A program made the position numbers and the translations under genes. A DNA stretch of 64,000 nt from a virus: the IMG/VR virus record IMGVR_UViG_3300030329_005244, one strand, 5' to 3'. The first letter of the stretch is position 1, and each line of letters begins with the position of its first letter. Below the pieces are notes generated by a model. It was not told the DNA's origin, ran no database searches, and saw only the letters and a program-made list of their open reading frames with translations. Positions 16,633 through 26,556 of this stretch are shown piece by piece.

Positions 16633-16875
16633 CTACTTATTTCTATTACGCCTTTCTTGCGCTCTAATTCTTTTTTGTTCCTCCCGATATGCATTCCGTT
16701 TATAACGACGAATCTGCTCCTTCTTTACTACCGAAGGCTTTTTATAATATCTCTTCTCGTGAACTTCTTCAAGAATACGAGCCTTCTTGGTTTTTTTAGA
16801 AAAACGACGAATCATGCGTTCGACGTTGCCTTTGCACTCGCGTAGAGTTACTTTTACATTATATCCTTTTGCCAT
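16633..16875 (-). CDS. rpsU: Phage-encoded ribosomal protein bS21
   Basis: 80 aa and very basic. NVERMIRRFSKK…ILEEVHEKRYYKKPSVVKK matches the bS21 signature (E..LRRFK…R.YYEKPS..RK). Confidence 0.88.
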   Translation of the reverse strand: MAKGYNVKVTLRECKGNVERMIRRFSKKTKKARILEEVHEKRYYKKPSVVKKEQIRRYKRNAYREEQKRIRAQERRNRNK

Positions 16876-16881
16876 ATTATC

Positions 16882-17307
16882 CTACTTCATTGCTTGCCAG
16901 ATATTACCGGCATTTCCAAAAATTGAACTGATGTCTACACCAGCGTCGTTAGGGTTGCCTAAATCCACTGCGCCCGCTTTGGGCGTGGACGCCTCATGTT
17001 GTGACATGGGCGTAGTACCCTCAAACAAATCAATACCATTGTAGGCGTCCGATCCAATGGAATCCATCAAACTTTTACGATGTTCTTGCAACTTGCGCCT
17101 AGTGTCTTGTGCTTGCCGTTTCATTTGTTGCGGCTCTTCGCGCACAACAGGGGGTTGTGGTGCTCGTGTTTCGACCACCAAATTTTGTTGCATTCCCTTA
17201 ACAACCTCAGAGACAACGTTAGAAAGAAGCCCCTCTTCTAAAAGGACTTCTTGGATGCACTCTTTAACGACTGGCTTGATTAAAGCCTTTAATTGATTCT
17301 TTTTCAT
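16882..17307 (-). CDS. Hypothetical protein with a leader related to the MK..LxxIIxEE family
   Basis: N-terminus MKKNQLKALIKPVVKECIQEVLLEE; located in the head operon. Confidence 0.7.
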   Translation of the reverse strand: MKKNQLKALIKPVVKECIQEVLLEEGLLSNVVSEVVKGMQQNLVVETRAPQPPVVREEPQQMKRQAQDTRRKLQEHRKSLMDSIGSDAYNGIDLFEGTTPMSQHEASTPKAGAVDLGNPNDAGVDISSIFGNAGNIWQAMK

Positions 17308-18013
17308 GTATCCTCGGGGGGTGTGGGGTGTTTAAATTTGTTCAAACGGGATTGTAATTGAGATTCCAAATCATCTAAATCTTGAGGAGCGGGGAGTTGC
17401 AAAGGGGGAAGCTGCGTGGGCTCCAAAGTCACATCTAAATAATCCTGTATTTGTTTTTCATTACGATTCCCAAAAACTTTATATAAAGTATCGGCAGTCA
17501 CAAGAGCCATCATTGCAAAAAGACGAGCCGTCCATCCTGCCACATAGCCTTTGGGATCCGCCAGCAATTGGAATCCCCAATGAGTCATCTTCTTTTTTAA
17601 TGCAAAGAGAATAAATCTGACTGATGCTTTAGAGAGCTTGGAAGAGTTCAATTCTTCCAGAAAGTCTTTTTCGGCTTTTGCCCAACCCTTTTCCATCTCT
17701 TCCATGGCAACAACTGTACGACGCAGCTTGTCTGCCAAACCAGGACGCTTCTCCTTGAGAAGTGCCATCTTCGAAGCATCGCGAGATGTTTCTTTAACCA
17801 CATGCCACCAAGTAGGCCATGAAATGCCATAACCCACTACCTCAGTTAATTCCTCAGTGGGCTCAATTTCCAAAACCTGAATCAATTCAGGGAGGTCTTC
17901 TCGCAGGGTTTCCTCGGCTGCAACGATATCAGGGTCGGTGCCATCTTCGGTGAGGTATTTCCGCCAATTCTCCATAAGGAGGCTCTGCTTGGGAAAACTC
18001 GACCATGACTTGT

Positions 18014-18017
<4 letters not shown>
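17304..18017 (-). CDS. Hypothetical protein, putative internal head protein (WSSF…ENWRKYL leader)
   Basis: Shares its N-terminal ~25 aa with 18014..18655; ATGA coupling. Confidence 0.65.
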
Positions 18018-18647
<630 letters not shown>

Positions 18648-18655
<8 letters not shown>

Positions 18656-19253
18656 CGCTCAATACCTCGTTAAGAAGTCTATTGATACGGTCTCCCTTTG
18701 TGAAAATGTTGGGCTTTAATTCTTTTGCCTCTTTCATCATGAAGGCGCCAGGCGTAGAAGGCTCGGAAACGAAGTCAAAGCAAATTAATTGGAAGTCGTC
18801 TTCAACAATCGAGCGTCCATTTTCTTCTCGCAACGAACCCATTCCTCTGGAAGAAATGCCCATCGTGCATTCATCATCCACCAAAGCGCGGAGGATTTTC
18901 CCCGCAGGAGTGTTGAGTACTCTGGCTTTTCCCATAACAGCATCGCCGTCCATCCAAATAGCGGTTATTCTATGGGAGGCATTGGCGAGATTAATCACTG
19001 CTGAATCAGGGTGATCCAATTCGCCTAATGCTCGGTTTTCTTTGATAAGTTTTTGATAGTTTGCAACTTCTCTCTTCATCACTTCAAAGGTGTAAGTCCG
19101 TCCATTTCCATTGACAGTATTGCATTGTTGGAGTTTGCCCGAAAGGATCATTCCGCCTTCGGCAACGAACTTCTTTTCGGATTCGGTGAGAAGGTCTTGG
19201 CAGACGCCTCCGTCGCAGAGGGCGTAGTATTCGCGTAATAAGTGTTTAGCCAT
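18648..19253 (-). CDS. gp21: Prohead protease (T4 gp21-like)
   Basis: NGNGRTY, ALGELDHP, GISSRGMGS and DFVSEPSTPGA catalytic motifs. Confidence 0.95.
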
Positions 19254-19259
19254 TGCTTC

Positions 19260-19934
19260 TTATTCCTCCCATACCCTTTTTTCGTCAGCCAATTCTTTGC
19301 GAGCCCATCGACGAGACTCCCAATATTCCCTTCCCAGGCGACCGGACGGCATATCCTCCGAACCATATTTTTCTTCATTGGCTTGGATACTGTCGTCGTG
19401 GGGTCCTCCCCACGGGTTTACTTCCATCTTGGCGTCGTCTACGCCATCACCTCGGGCATTATCAAGTCGGACGCTCCAATCGCCTCCGCCATAGCCGCCT
19501 TCATCGGACGCGCCGCGTTCATAATCGCCATAGCCTTCCTGCATCGTCTCATCTAAATCTTTGCGATAAAGGTAATGCATATAGCCCTTCATATATGCCC
19601 TATCTTCGGGGGTTGAGCGAGGCTGTGGACGATTAGGCTGGATGTTGTCCCAAGTGCCAGGCTTCCAAGTAGCCGTCGTATGATCAAAGTTGTCACGTTG
19701 TGCAAGTGCATCTTCTTTGCCTTGGTCGTAGTTAGAATCACCGGGACCAGGTTCTGGGGGAAGTTCGGGCGCTGCTGGTGGCGCTTCGGCGCGGTGGATG
19801 TGGTGAGGATCATTTCGGCGACGCTTATATCTCCGATACGGTCCGGTGGTCCACCACTCGCCATGAACCTCTTTCATCGTCCGCGAGATCTCTTCTGTGA
19901 TAATCTCAATCAATCGCTTCTTTGAAACTTTCAT
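19260..19934 (-). CDS. Hypothetical protein with MKVSKKRLIEIITEEI leader
   Basis: GGAG RBS; leader-family member with an otherwise low-complexity body. Confidence 0.7.
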   Translation of the reverse strand: MKVSKKRLIEIITEEISRTMKEVHGEWWTTGPYRRYKRRRNDPHHIHRAEAPPAAPELPPEPGPGDSNYDQGKEDALAQRDNFDHTTATWKPGTWDNIQPNRPQPRSTPEDRAYMKGYMHYLYRKDLDETMQEGYGDYERGASDEGGYGGGDWSVRLDNARGDGVDDAKMEVNPWGGPHDDSIQANEEKYGSEDMPSGRLGREYWESRRWARKELADEKRVWEE

Positions 19935-19940
19935 AATACG

Positions 19941-20009
19941 CTAACTCCCTTTGCAGCATCTGCGAACAGGCTGTAAGCCCCATTTGTGTGTTAGAAAATT
20001 GTTCATCAT
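19941..20009 (-). CDS. Small ORF MMNNFLTHKWGLQPVRRCCKGS
   Basis: 22 codons with an AAGGA RBS. It fills the gap and is in frame with the upstream gene's TAA. Confidence 0.45.
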   Translation of the reverse strand: MMNNFLTHKWGLQPVRRCCKGS

Positions 20010-20015
20010 ATATCC

Positions 20016-20384
20016 TTAGTGAATAACTTCGTCTTCATTAACAAAAAAATCTGTCTCAACATCAGCAACCTCTTCATCAACTAAAATGGACTTGTCTTTA
20101 ATCTTCAACCCATCGTCATCAAACAACATGCTCAACACGTATGAGGTTCCAGAAGAGAGTCCTCCTAAAATGAAAAAATTAGCCGCAGAGACTTCAAAAC
20201 TAAATAGTTCTGTAAATGGAGAAAGAAACATTAAGAGCCAGCCAATGTGAAAGCCCATGCACATTGGGCATTTGAAGAGTTCTCCCAGCTTTCCCTTGGT
20301 TGGGCGAAATCTGTCAAAAACCTTCCCATAGACAATTATCTGGGTGAGCCCGTAGGCTGCCAAAATAAAAAATAAGAGTTCCAT
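20016..20384 (-). CDS. Membrane protein, DUF1360-like
   Basis: Start MELLFF at 20384; three hydrophobic segments and an LFKCPMCMGFHIG (CPxC) motif. Confidence 0.65.
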   Translation of the reverse strand: MELLFFILAAYGLTQIIVYGKVFDRFRPTKGKLGELFKCPMCMGFHIGWLLMFLSPFTELFSFEVSAANFFILGGLSSGTSYVLSMLFDDDGLKIKDKSILVDEEVADVETDFFVNEDEVIH

Positions 20385-20391
20385 TATTCCC

Positions 20392-20931
20392 TCACATTTG
20401 ATACCACATCCCCATTCCATAGGGGTTGTTAATGTAACTTTGTCTAATGGAGCCCTGCTTGGTGCGCTGTGGCACTTCTCCTAGTTCTGTGGAGTCTGCC
20501 TTGTCGGGATGAACAAGTTCATCGTCATCCATATCTGTAAACATCTGCACCGCTTCGAAGTAAGGACGCTCTTCATCAATAAATTTGGAAATATTAATCA
20601 GAGCCATCTTGCTAGCGCTAATGTCTTCTTTATAGGGAATCTCCATTTTTGCTTCCATGGCTCCGTAAAAAGCGCCGCCTTGAATTGATTCACCCATAAC
20701 AATCCCCCTCTTCTGGAGGTGGGAGAATAAACGATTTTGAGCACCATATACCACATCTGTCAGCACATCTTTGGGAAAAGCTACAATCTTATTCTTTGAT
20801 GCCGAAAGGACAATATCAATATCGCCATGATCAAAAATCATCAAATCGCCATTCAAGCTTTTGCGAATATCGAGTTCAAGCTTGACTGTAGCTTGGTTGG
20901 CTTTATCACCAATTCTAATTGTGATTGGCAT
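20392..20931 (-). CDS. Hypothetical protein (head operon)
   Basis: 179-aa ORF translationally coupled within the portal-protease operon. Confidence 0.7.
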   Translation of the reverse strand: MPITIRIGDKANQATVKLELDIRKSLNGDLMIFDHGDIDIVLSASKNKIVAFPKDVLTDVVYGAQNRLFSHLQKRGIVMGESIQGGAFYGAMEAKMEIPYKEDISASKMALINISKFIDEERPYFEAVQMFTDMDDDELVHPDKADSTELGEVPQRTKQGSIRQSYINNPYGMGMWYQM

Positions 20932-21745
20932 CGGTATTGATTTCCTTAAGAAGCGATTGTATATTTAGAACATTCAACAATAAGTGTTCGCTTATTTCTG
21001 TCTTTGCAAACCCATTTAGTTTTTCCACTACCCTTTCAGTCTTCTGGAGCATCTCCGGGTCCGATTGAATCTCGGTAATGGTTTTGGCATCTTCCAACTC
21101 TCTTTTGAGGCGACAAATTTCCTCATTAAGGAACATCTTGAGTTCGACAGCATTATCCGAAAAAGAGGCGATATAGTGAGCAAGAAGTGCTTTTTGCTCA
21201 TCCAGAAGCTCAGCCCCATATTTATCATTAAACTTTTTTACAAAAGAATTGTAGACAAGATTGTCTACCACGGGGGCATCCTGCTCGGCAGAAGACTGCA
21301 TCATTCCCTTTACGATGTTGCTCTCCAACATTACGCGATCCTTGGGAGAGGTTTTAAGAGAAAAGATTTGCGCAATTGTAGCTAAAGACTTGTAATTGGG
21401 AACAAAATTGTTAAACACCGAAGGAGAAAGCTGCTTGTTAATGTCTTTAATAAGAGCTGTCTTTTGAGCGAACAGCGTATGTGCATCCAACGCACTGCGC
21501 TGATGTCGTGCTTCTTTTAAAATCTTTCGTGAAGTTTCTTCGTCTAGATTCTGATTTTCATACAGAGAGGAATAGCATTGCATTTCCTTTCTTAAGATAG
21601 AATCGGATGCAAAATGCTCTTTGAGGATGTTCACTATTTTATTTCGTCTTTCAACATCCTTGCGCATCACAGCCACTGTCGCTTCACGTACAAGTGCTTC
21701 ATAAACAAAAGCAATGTTTCTCTTCTTATTATGTCGTTTTTTCAT
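20915..21745 (-). CDS. Hypothetical helical protein, possible prohead core component
   Basis: 276 aa; overlaps the portal stop; helical with many L-x-E sites. Confidence 0.65.
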   Translation of the reverse strand: MKKRHNKKRNIAFVYEALVREATVAVMRKDVERRNKIVNILKEHFASDSILRKEMQCYSSLYENQNLDEETSRKILKEARHQRSALDAHTLFAQKTALIKDINKQLSPSVFNNFVPNYKSLATIAQIFSLKTSPKDRVMLESNIVKGMMQSSAEQDAPVVDNLVYNSFVKKFNDKYGAELLDEQKALLAHYIASFSDNAVELKMFLNEEICRLKRELEDAKTITEIQSDPEMLQKTERVVEKLNGFAKTEISEHLLLNVLNIQSLLKEINTDANHN

Positions 21746-23750
21746 CTACAGTCTCCACCAAAATTGTTTGTTTCTTTTCCAAGCCTTCGATAAGATTGCG
21801 AATTGAATCATTCACATCAAAGAGCTTTTCCTCTTCAAGTTTTTCTCTCACTTTATAAGTAGATTGATTATTCTCATAAATACCCTCAGTTATACCGCGC
21901 GCCAGGGTTCTCAATTCTTTGGCGCCAGGAAATACATTGGTCAGGGTATTTTTCCCCACAGAGTTGCCGCCTAAAGACAATTGGTGCCGATGACGAGCGC
22001 CACCGCCCCGACTATCAAAAGGCTCTCTTTCGTACCTCTTGCCGTTGGAGCCCGGGGTTAGGTAACCTTTTTTGGTTGACGACTTTGTTGGCTTTAAGGT
22101 AGGGGCATTCCGAGAACCAGGAGGAACAGCCAACAATGTCGGCTCTTCGGCAGCTCCACCGCCCAATTCATCAGGGGCAATATCAGCGGCATCTGCCTCA
22201 ATGGGGCCAGCATCTTCCATGTCGCCCATAAGATCTGCCCCAAGTTCTGCTTCAAGTCCTCCACCAGCAGCACCGGCTTGTTCACCTTCTGCGGCAGCCT
22301 GCAACGCCGAATCATATTTCCTATCATAAAACATCTCTCGCTGACACCGCAAGAACTCCTCATGAGACATGTTGAACACATGTTCAGCAACCCAACGACG
22401 ACTGAAAAAGCCCTCGGTTGCACCGGCTGCTGTATCAAACTTAGTCTTCCAATGTTCCAATTCTTGAAGCTCGGCAATCTTGGAAGGATTATTAAGAGTC
22501 AGTGAGAAGCTCAACAAATCATCATTGCGAAAGCCCAAAGTATAAAGATGAATGATTCCAATCTTGGTCAGTTCAGAAATAACCACTCGCTGAAGTCTCT
22601 GAATTGTTCTTGCAAAACGAATATCCTTCTGTGCAAGAGTTGTCTTGTCTTCCGCACCATCTTCACCCATCGTCAAATAAGCTTGGGGAATCTTAATGGC
22701 TGCGAAGAGCTTATCGCGCAAATACTTAATATCATCAATCTGCGTGGTATTGGTGCCACCAGCCAGATTCTGAATGTCCGTGACACTTCCAGCGCGCACA
22801 GGAATGAAATAATCTTCTTCAATGCTCATAGGGTTATAGCGAAGATCTACGCGCCCGGTGTCAGGATCCACCAGAGAGTGACGCTTAAGCTGTGTCACAA
22901 TTTTTTGCATATACTGCTCCACATCTTGTGGAGGAATGGCGCCCACATCAATCTTAAAGACGCGACGTTCTGACGAACGGACGACCCGATAAGCCATCAT
23001 GGCGTCTTCCATCAGAGTTAGCTGGCGCCAAATACGTCGGCACGGCTCTAAAACTGAAGTACCGTAAGGGGCATACTTATCGTTTCCAAGAATTCTGAAG
23101 TGTGCAATCTGCCAGTTCTCAAACGTCATTCCCGCTGAGTTCCACTGGTATTGGACATAATTGGGATTCGTTGCATCTTGCCCCTCCAAGCGCTCGATCT
23201 CCGCAGGGGGCAACCCAATAACCGACTTAACTCCAAAGTTGTCATCAATGTCTAGATACAAAAAGAAGTCGCCGTACTTGCACATCGTGCGGCACCAGCC
23301 AAAAAGATTGTTATTAATATTTAAAATGTTATCAAAAAGAATATGGAGGACAGCTTTAATCTCTTCGTTGGGACACTTGACGTTAAGCATTGGACGCAAA
23401 CTAGAATAAGTCGTCATTTCATCAGCATAAATATCCAAGGCTGATGCAAGAATAGGATCATATTCCATTTGATCAAAGTCCACATAGCGCTCTTGCCGCT
23501 GTTGATTGGCAATGGCATTCGCTGCTAAAATATCAAGAGGGTTATAAAGAGTCTTTTTAAACTGCTGACCTGATGCAGATTTAAAACGAGAGGAGAACTT
23601 ATCTAAATGTTGTCTCCGAATCTTTCGTCCAGATTGAGAGCGGTAATTGATAATAGGCCCCGAGAACAATCTCGTAAGCGCCTTAAAAAGCCCAGTGGAA
23701 GTGTCCACGGGATTCTTACCTTTAGTTATGTTTTTGTTAAATGGGGGCAT
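21729..23750 (-). CDS. gp20: Portal protein (T4 gp20-like)
   Basis: MEDAMMAYRVVRSSERRVFKIDVG, EDYFIPVR, DDIKYLRDKLFAAIKIP and DIRFARTIQRLQ motifs; long acidic C-terminal extension. Confidence 0.95.
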   Translation of the reverse strand: MPPFNKNITKGKNPVDTSTGLFKALTRLFSGPIINYRSQSGRKIRRQHLDKFSSRFKSASGQQFKKTLYNPLDILAANAIANQQRQERYVDFDQMEYDPILASALDIYADEMTTYSSLRPMLNVKCPNEEIKAVLHILFDNILNINNNLFGWCRTMCKYGDFFLYLDIDDNFGVKSVIGLPPAEIERLEGQDATNPNYVQYQWNSAGMTFENWQIAHFRILGNDKYAPYGTSVLEPCRRIWRQLTLMEDAMMAYRVVRSSERRVFKIDVGAIPPQDVEQYMQKIVTQLKRHSLVDPDTGRVDLRYNPMSIEEDYFIPVRAGSVTDIQNLAGGTNTTQIDDIKYLRDKLFAAIKIPQAYLTMGEDGAEDKTTLAQKDIRFARTIQRLQRVVISELTKIGIIHLYTLGFRNDDLLSFSLTLNNPSKIAELQELEHWKTKFDTAAGATEGFFSRRWVAEHVFNMSHEEFLRCQREMFYDRKYDSALQAAAEGEQAGAAGGGLEAELGADLMGDMEDAGPIEADAADIAPDELGGGAAEEPTLLAVPPGSRNAPTLKPTKSSTKKGYLTPGSNGKRYEREPFDSRGGGARHRHQLSLGGNSVGKNTLTNVFPGAKELRTLARGITEGIYENNQSTYKVREKLEEEKLFDVNDSIRNLIEGLEKKQTILVETVDEKTT

Positions 23751-23758
23751 TTATTTTC

Positions 23759-25348
23759 TCACTTTATAATCCACATGAACTCATCATAGCTTCGCTTCGC
23801 ATCATTAAGTTGGTCCACAAAGTCATTGTGTCTATCGTATCCCTTTTGTCCTTTAATTCTTGAATTCAAAACAGTTCTGGAGGTGACAATCGCATCAGCA
23901 AATGCCTTTTGATAGTTTAAATCTCGGGAATTTGCTTGAATGGCTGTGTCGCGAACCCAGCAAGCAATCGCCAGAGCCATAACTAAATCGTCATTGTAGC
24001 CCTTCATCGCCTGCGGCTTACCATTTTTCCAGATAAAAGTCTTTAATTCGTTTACTAACCTCGAAGAATACACCTTAATTAGTTTGTTTCTTACAAACTC
24101 CTCCAGTTTTGCGATGATAAGCGGGCGCGTCTTCATCGTGGTGGTAAAACCAGCAACTGTATTGGTGCGAACTTCTGCTTGATGCTGTTCGATGTATTGG
24201 TGCGTTGATTTTATAGAATAATAAATATTAGGATAACCATATTCTACAAGTTTGTCAAGAACGCTATAACCAATATTATTATTTTCTACCACGAGCATTG
24301 CATTTCCATACTCTCGCCCAATCTGGTTTAGCATCCCAGCATACATATCGAGCGTAGGTTTGCCCTGATATTCTCCGACGACAGCCAAAGTTTCTAACTC
24401 AATAATATGAAAAGTAGAGAAGTCTTCACCATCTCCACGAGCAACGTCAGCCACCATTAAATAATTGCACGAAGGATCACACTCCTGCCATATCCAAAAG
24501 TTTCTATCAAAGCCGGTACGATATTTGGGCTCTTGGCAGTTTTTAAGAAGCCAATCCATGTCATCAGGCTCAATAACAGTTTCTCCAGATGTATTAAAGC
24601 TACACAGCAGCTCCTGCGCAGCCTGTCGCTTGGACATGTTCTTGGTTTCTTTTCTAAACCAAGCCTCATCTCTCTCTGGGTGAACATCCCACGGAAGAGT
24701 CGTTAAGTGAAAATTATTTACCCCTGCTTGGGAGTCTACACAAGTTTTATGGAACCAGTTACCGACGCCCTTGGGCGTGGAAAGGGCTATACATCGCCCA
24801 CCTGTGCTCAGCGTAGAATACAAACCAATCCAGAGTTCGCCCATATTATCAATATGAGCCGCCTCGTCAAGAATCAAAAGAGACAGAGCCTCTGAACGCC
24901 CAGCGTCACCAGAAGTAGCGGCTGATTTAATAAACGAACCATTGTCCAATTCGAACGAAGTTCTGTTATCCACGATGATGGGCGAAATGTCTCGCAACCA
25001 CGGCGGAAGGCTTTTAACAATTCCCTTCACCTTTCGTGTCAGGTTGCCTGCGGTTCCGATCTTCGTCGCCATAACGAGCACAGCCTTGTCGCGATGGAAA
25101 AGCATTAGCCACGCAACATAGCCTGCAACAATGGTGGAAATACCAAGCTGCCGCGCTTTTAACACGGCATTGAATCGGTAATCATTAAAGTCGTTTAAAA
25201 GAGAATCCTGATAATCAAACGTGTCAAATAAAATCAACCCCTTGACGGGGTGAGAAATACGTGCATACGTTTTAAGGAAATACGCAGGGTCCTTACCGCA
25301 CTTCAGTATTTCCTTAATCTTTTTTTCTTTGGTGAGCTTAAAAGCCAT
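23759..25348 (-). CDS. terL: Terminase large subunit (gp17-like)
   Basis: KARQLGIST Walker A, LILDEAAH Walker B, STPKG motif, and RNase H-like DVARGDGED and NDDLVMALA. Confidence 0.96.
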   Translation of the reverse strand: MAFKLTKEKKIKEILKCGKDPAYFLKTYARISHPVKGLILFDTFDYQDSLLNDFNDYRFNAVLKARQLGISTIVAGYVAWLMLFHRDKAVLVMATKIGTAGNLTRKVKGIVKSLPPWLRDISPIIVDNRTSFELDNGSFIKSAATSGDAGRSEALSLLILDEAAHIDNMGELWIGLYSTLSTGGRCIALSTPKGVGNWFHKTCVDSQAGVNNFHLTTLPWDVHPERDEAWFRKETKNMSKRQAAQELLCSFNTSGETVIEPDDMDWLLKNCQEPKYRTGFDRNFWIWQECDPSCNYLMVADVARGDGEDFSTFHIIELETLAVVGEYQGKPTLDMYAGMLNQIGREYGNAMLVVENNNIGYSVLDKLVEYGYPNIYYSIKSTHQYIEQHQAEVRTNTVAGFTTTMKTRPLIIAKLEEFVRNKLIKVYSSRLVNELKTFIWKNGKPQAMKGYNDDLVMALAIACWVRDTAIQANSRDLNYQKAFADAIVTSRTVLNSRIKGQKGYDRHNDFVDQLNDAKRSYDEFMWIIK

Positions 25349-25354
25349 CGGGGT

Positions 25355-25630
25355 TTAATACCCAACGCTTGCTAAACTTGCGCCAGGAGTAATAAGCTGC
25401 CTGATAAGTTCTACCACTTCTTTATCATCGCCAATCTTTAACTTGGCGGCTATTTCTTCAGCAGTGCTGCCTTGTTTGGAGAGTATTTCTCCCGCATGAA
25501 TCAAGTTCAAAAGTTTGCCTTCGGGAGAGGTGTCGAACACAGGCTCGGTAGTTCCGAGTTCTTCGCCCGCAGCGATGTCCTCAATCTCTTCTTTAATAAT
25601 CTGCTTAAGTCTTGCCTTTGAAAGTTTCAT
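25355..25630 (-). CDS. Hypothetical protein with MKLSKARLKQIIKEEI leader
   Basis: Start at 25630 overlaps the upstream stop (ATGA); leader-family member. Confidence 0.7.
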   Translation of the reverse strand: MKLSKARLKQIIKEEIEDIAAGEELGTTEPVFDTSPEGKLLNLIHAGEILSKQGSTAEEIAAKLKIGDDKEVVELIRQLITPGASLASVGY

Positions 25631-26169
25631 TTCTTGGATTCCTTTTTCCGAGTATCGTTTTGCGGGCGCTTGCCTTTCCAACCACCAAGATCGAGAAAGT
25701 CACGCCAACTCTTTTCTACAGGATCACCCCCGGCGTCCATCTGCATCACGTCCTTCATGCCCCCAATCTCATAGAGCTGATAAGCAGTAACCCACGAACG
25801 AATGCGTGAAGAGCTTTCAACTCGAACATCAATTTCGCCCTTCTTCTTTAAAGTAACAGAGTCGCCAGTGACTTTTTTATATTCTTTCTTGAGGAATTTA
25901 GCAATATCAGCCAAGCGTTGTTCCATTTCACCTTCGAAGCCCTTCTTGTAGACTTCTTTGAGTTGAATTTCGGACATATAAGAGATACACAGATTGGGTC
26001 CCATAAACCTCACGTTAAAGCCATCCATTACTCGCTTATCAATAAGCGGATCGCCTTTTTCACGCATGAGTCCCACTTCAATGGCTTTGCCATCTTGATC
26101 AAACGCACCATCATGAGCGTTTGCTGCGGCTTGGGAAAGCCCCCTAATAATTTCTAAAACTGTTGCCAT
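25627..26169 (-). CDS. Hypothetical protein
   Basis: 180-aa ORF with a GAGG RBS, coupled to its neighbours. Confidence 0.7.
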   Translation of the reverse strand: MATVLEIIRGLSQAAANAHDGAFDQDGKAIEVGLMREKGDPLIDKRVMDGFNVRFMGPNLCISYMSEIQLKEVYKKGFEGEMEQRLADIAKFLKKEYKKVTGDSVTLKKKGEIDVRVESSSRIRSWVTAYQLYEIGGMKDVMQMDAGGDPVEKSWRDFLDLGGWKGKRPQNDTRKKESKK

Positions 26170-26555
26170 TATTTTTCCTCAGTGTGCGTTGGTCGCCACC
26201 CTGTTTTCCAGCGCTCCTCTCGCCCCTCGACATGTTTTATATAACAAGTGTTACAACACTCGTATTTGATAATATAAATGTCATCGAGAGACTTTTGTGC
26301 AAAACTTCCACATAGTGGGCAATTTCGCACCGAGTCTCTGTTAAATAGTTTTTTTGAAATCTTAATGCCGTTAATGTCTACTTTTTCTTGCCACTCATCA
26401 TTTTTATGAGTCTTGGCATAAAAAGCCTTCATTTGCTTAAGATATTCTTTCTCTTTATTCTCGTCCCAATTTCCTTTTGGGTTCTGTATGGTTTCGTCTC
26501 CATACTTGTCGCTTATCGCCTGTTCAACCTTGGCGACATAATTTGGGTCGCTCAT
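26169..26555 (-). CDS. Hypothetical Zn-finger protein
   Basis: Start MSDPNY at 26555 (GGAG RBS); CPLC…CNTC motif. Confidence 0.65.
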   Translation of the reverse strand: MSDPNYVAKVEQAISDKYGDETIQNPKGNWDENKEKEYLKQMKAFYAKTHKNDEWQEKVDINGIKISKKLFNRDSVRNCPLCGSFAQKSLDDIYIIKYECCNTCYIKHVEGREERWKTGWRPTHTEEK

Positions 26556-26556
26556 G

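Noticed and set aside
20201-26349. Intragenic TAAATAGT copies at 20201-20208 and 26342-26349
   Set aside because: They lie about 170-270 nt from the next start and are explainable by coding sequence (L-F), so they were not counted as promoters.
25355-26555. Small terminase subunit among the ORFs upstream of terL
   Set aside because: The position fits, but none shows recognisable gp16/TerS features, so they are left as hypothetical.
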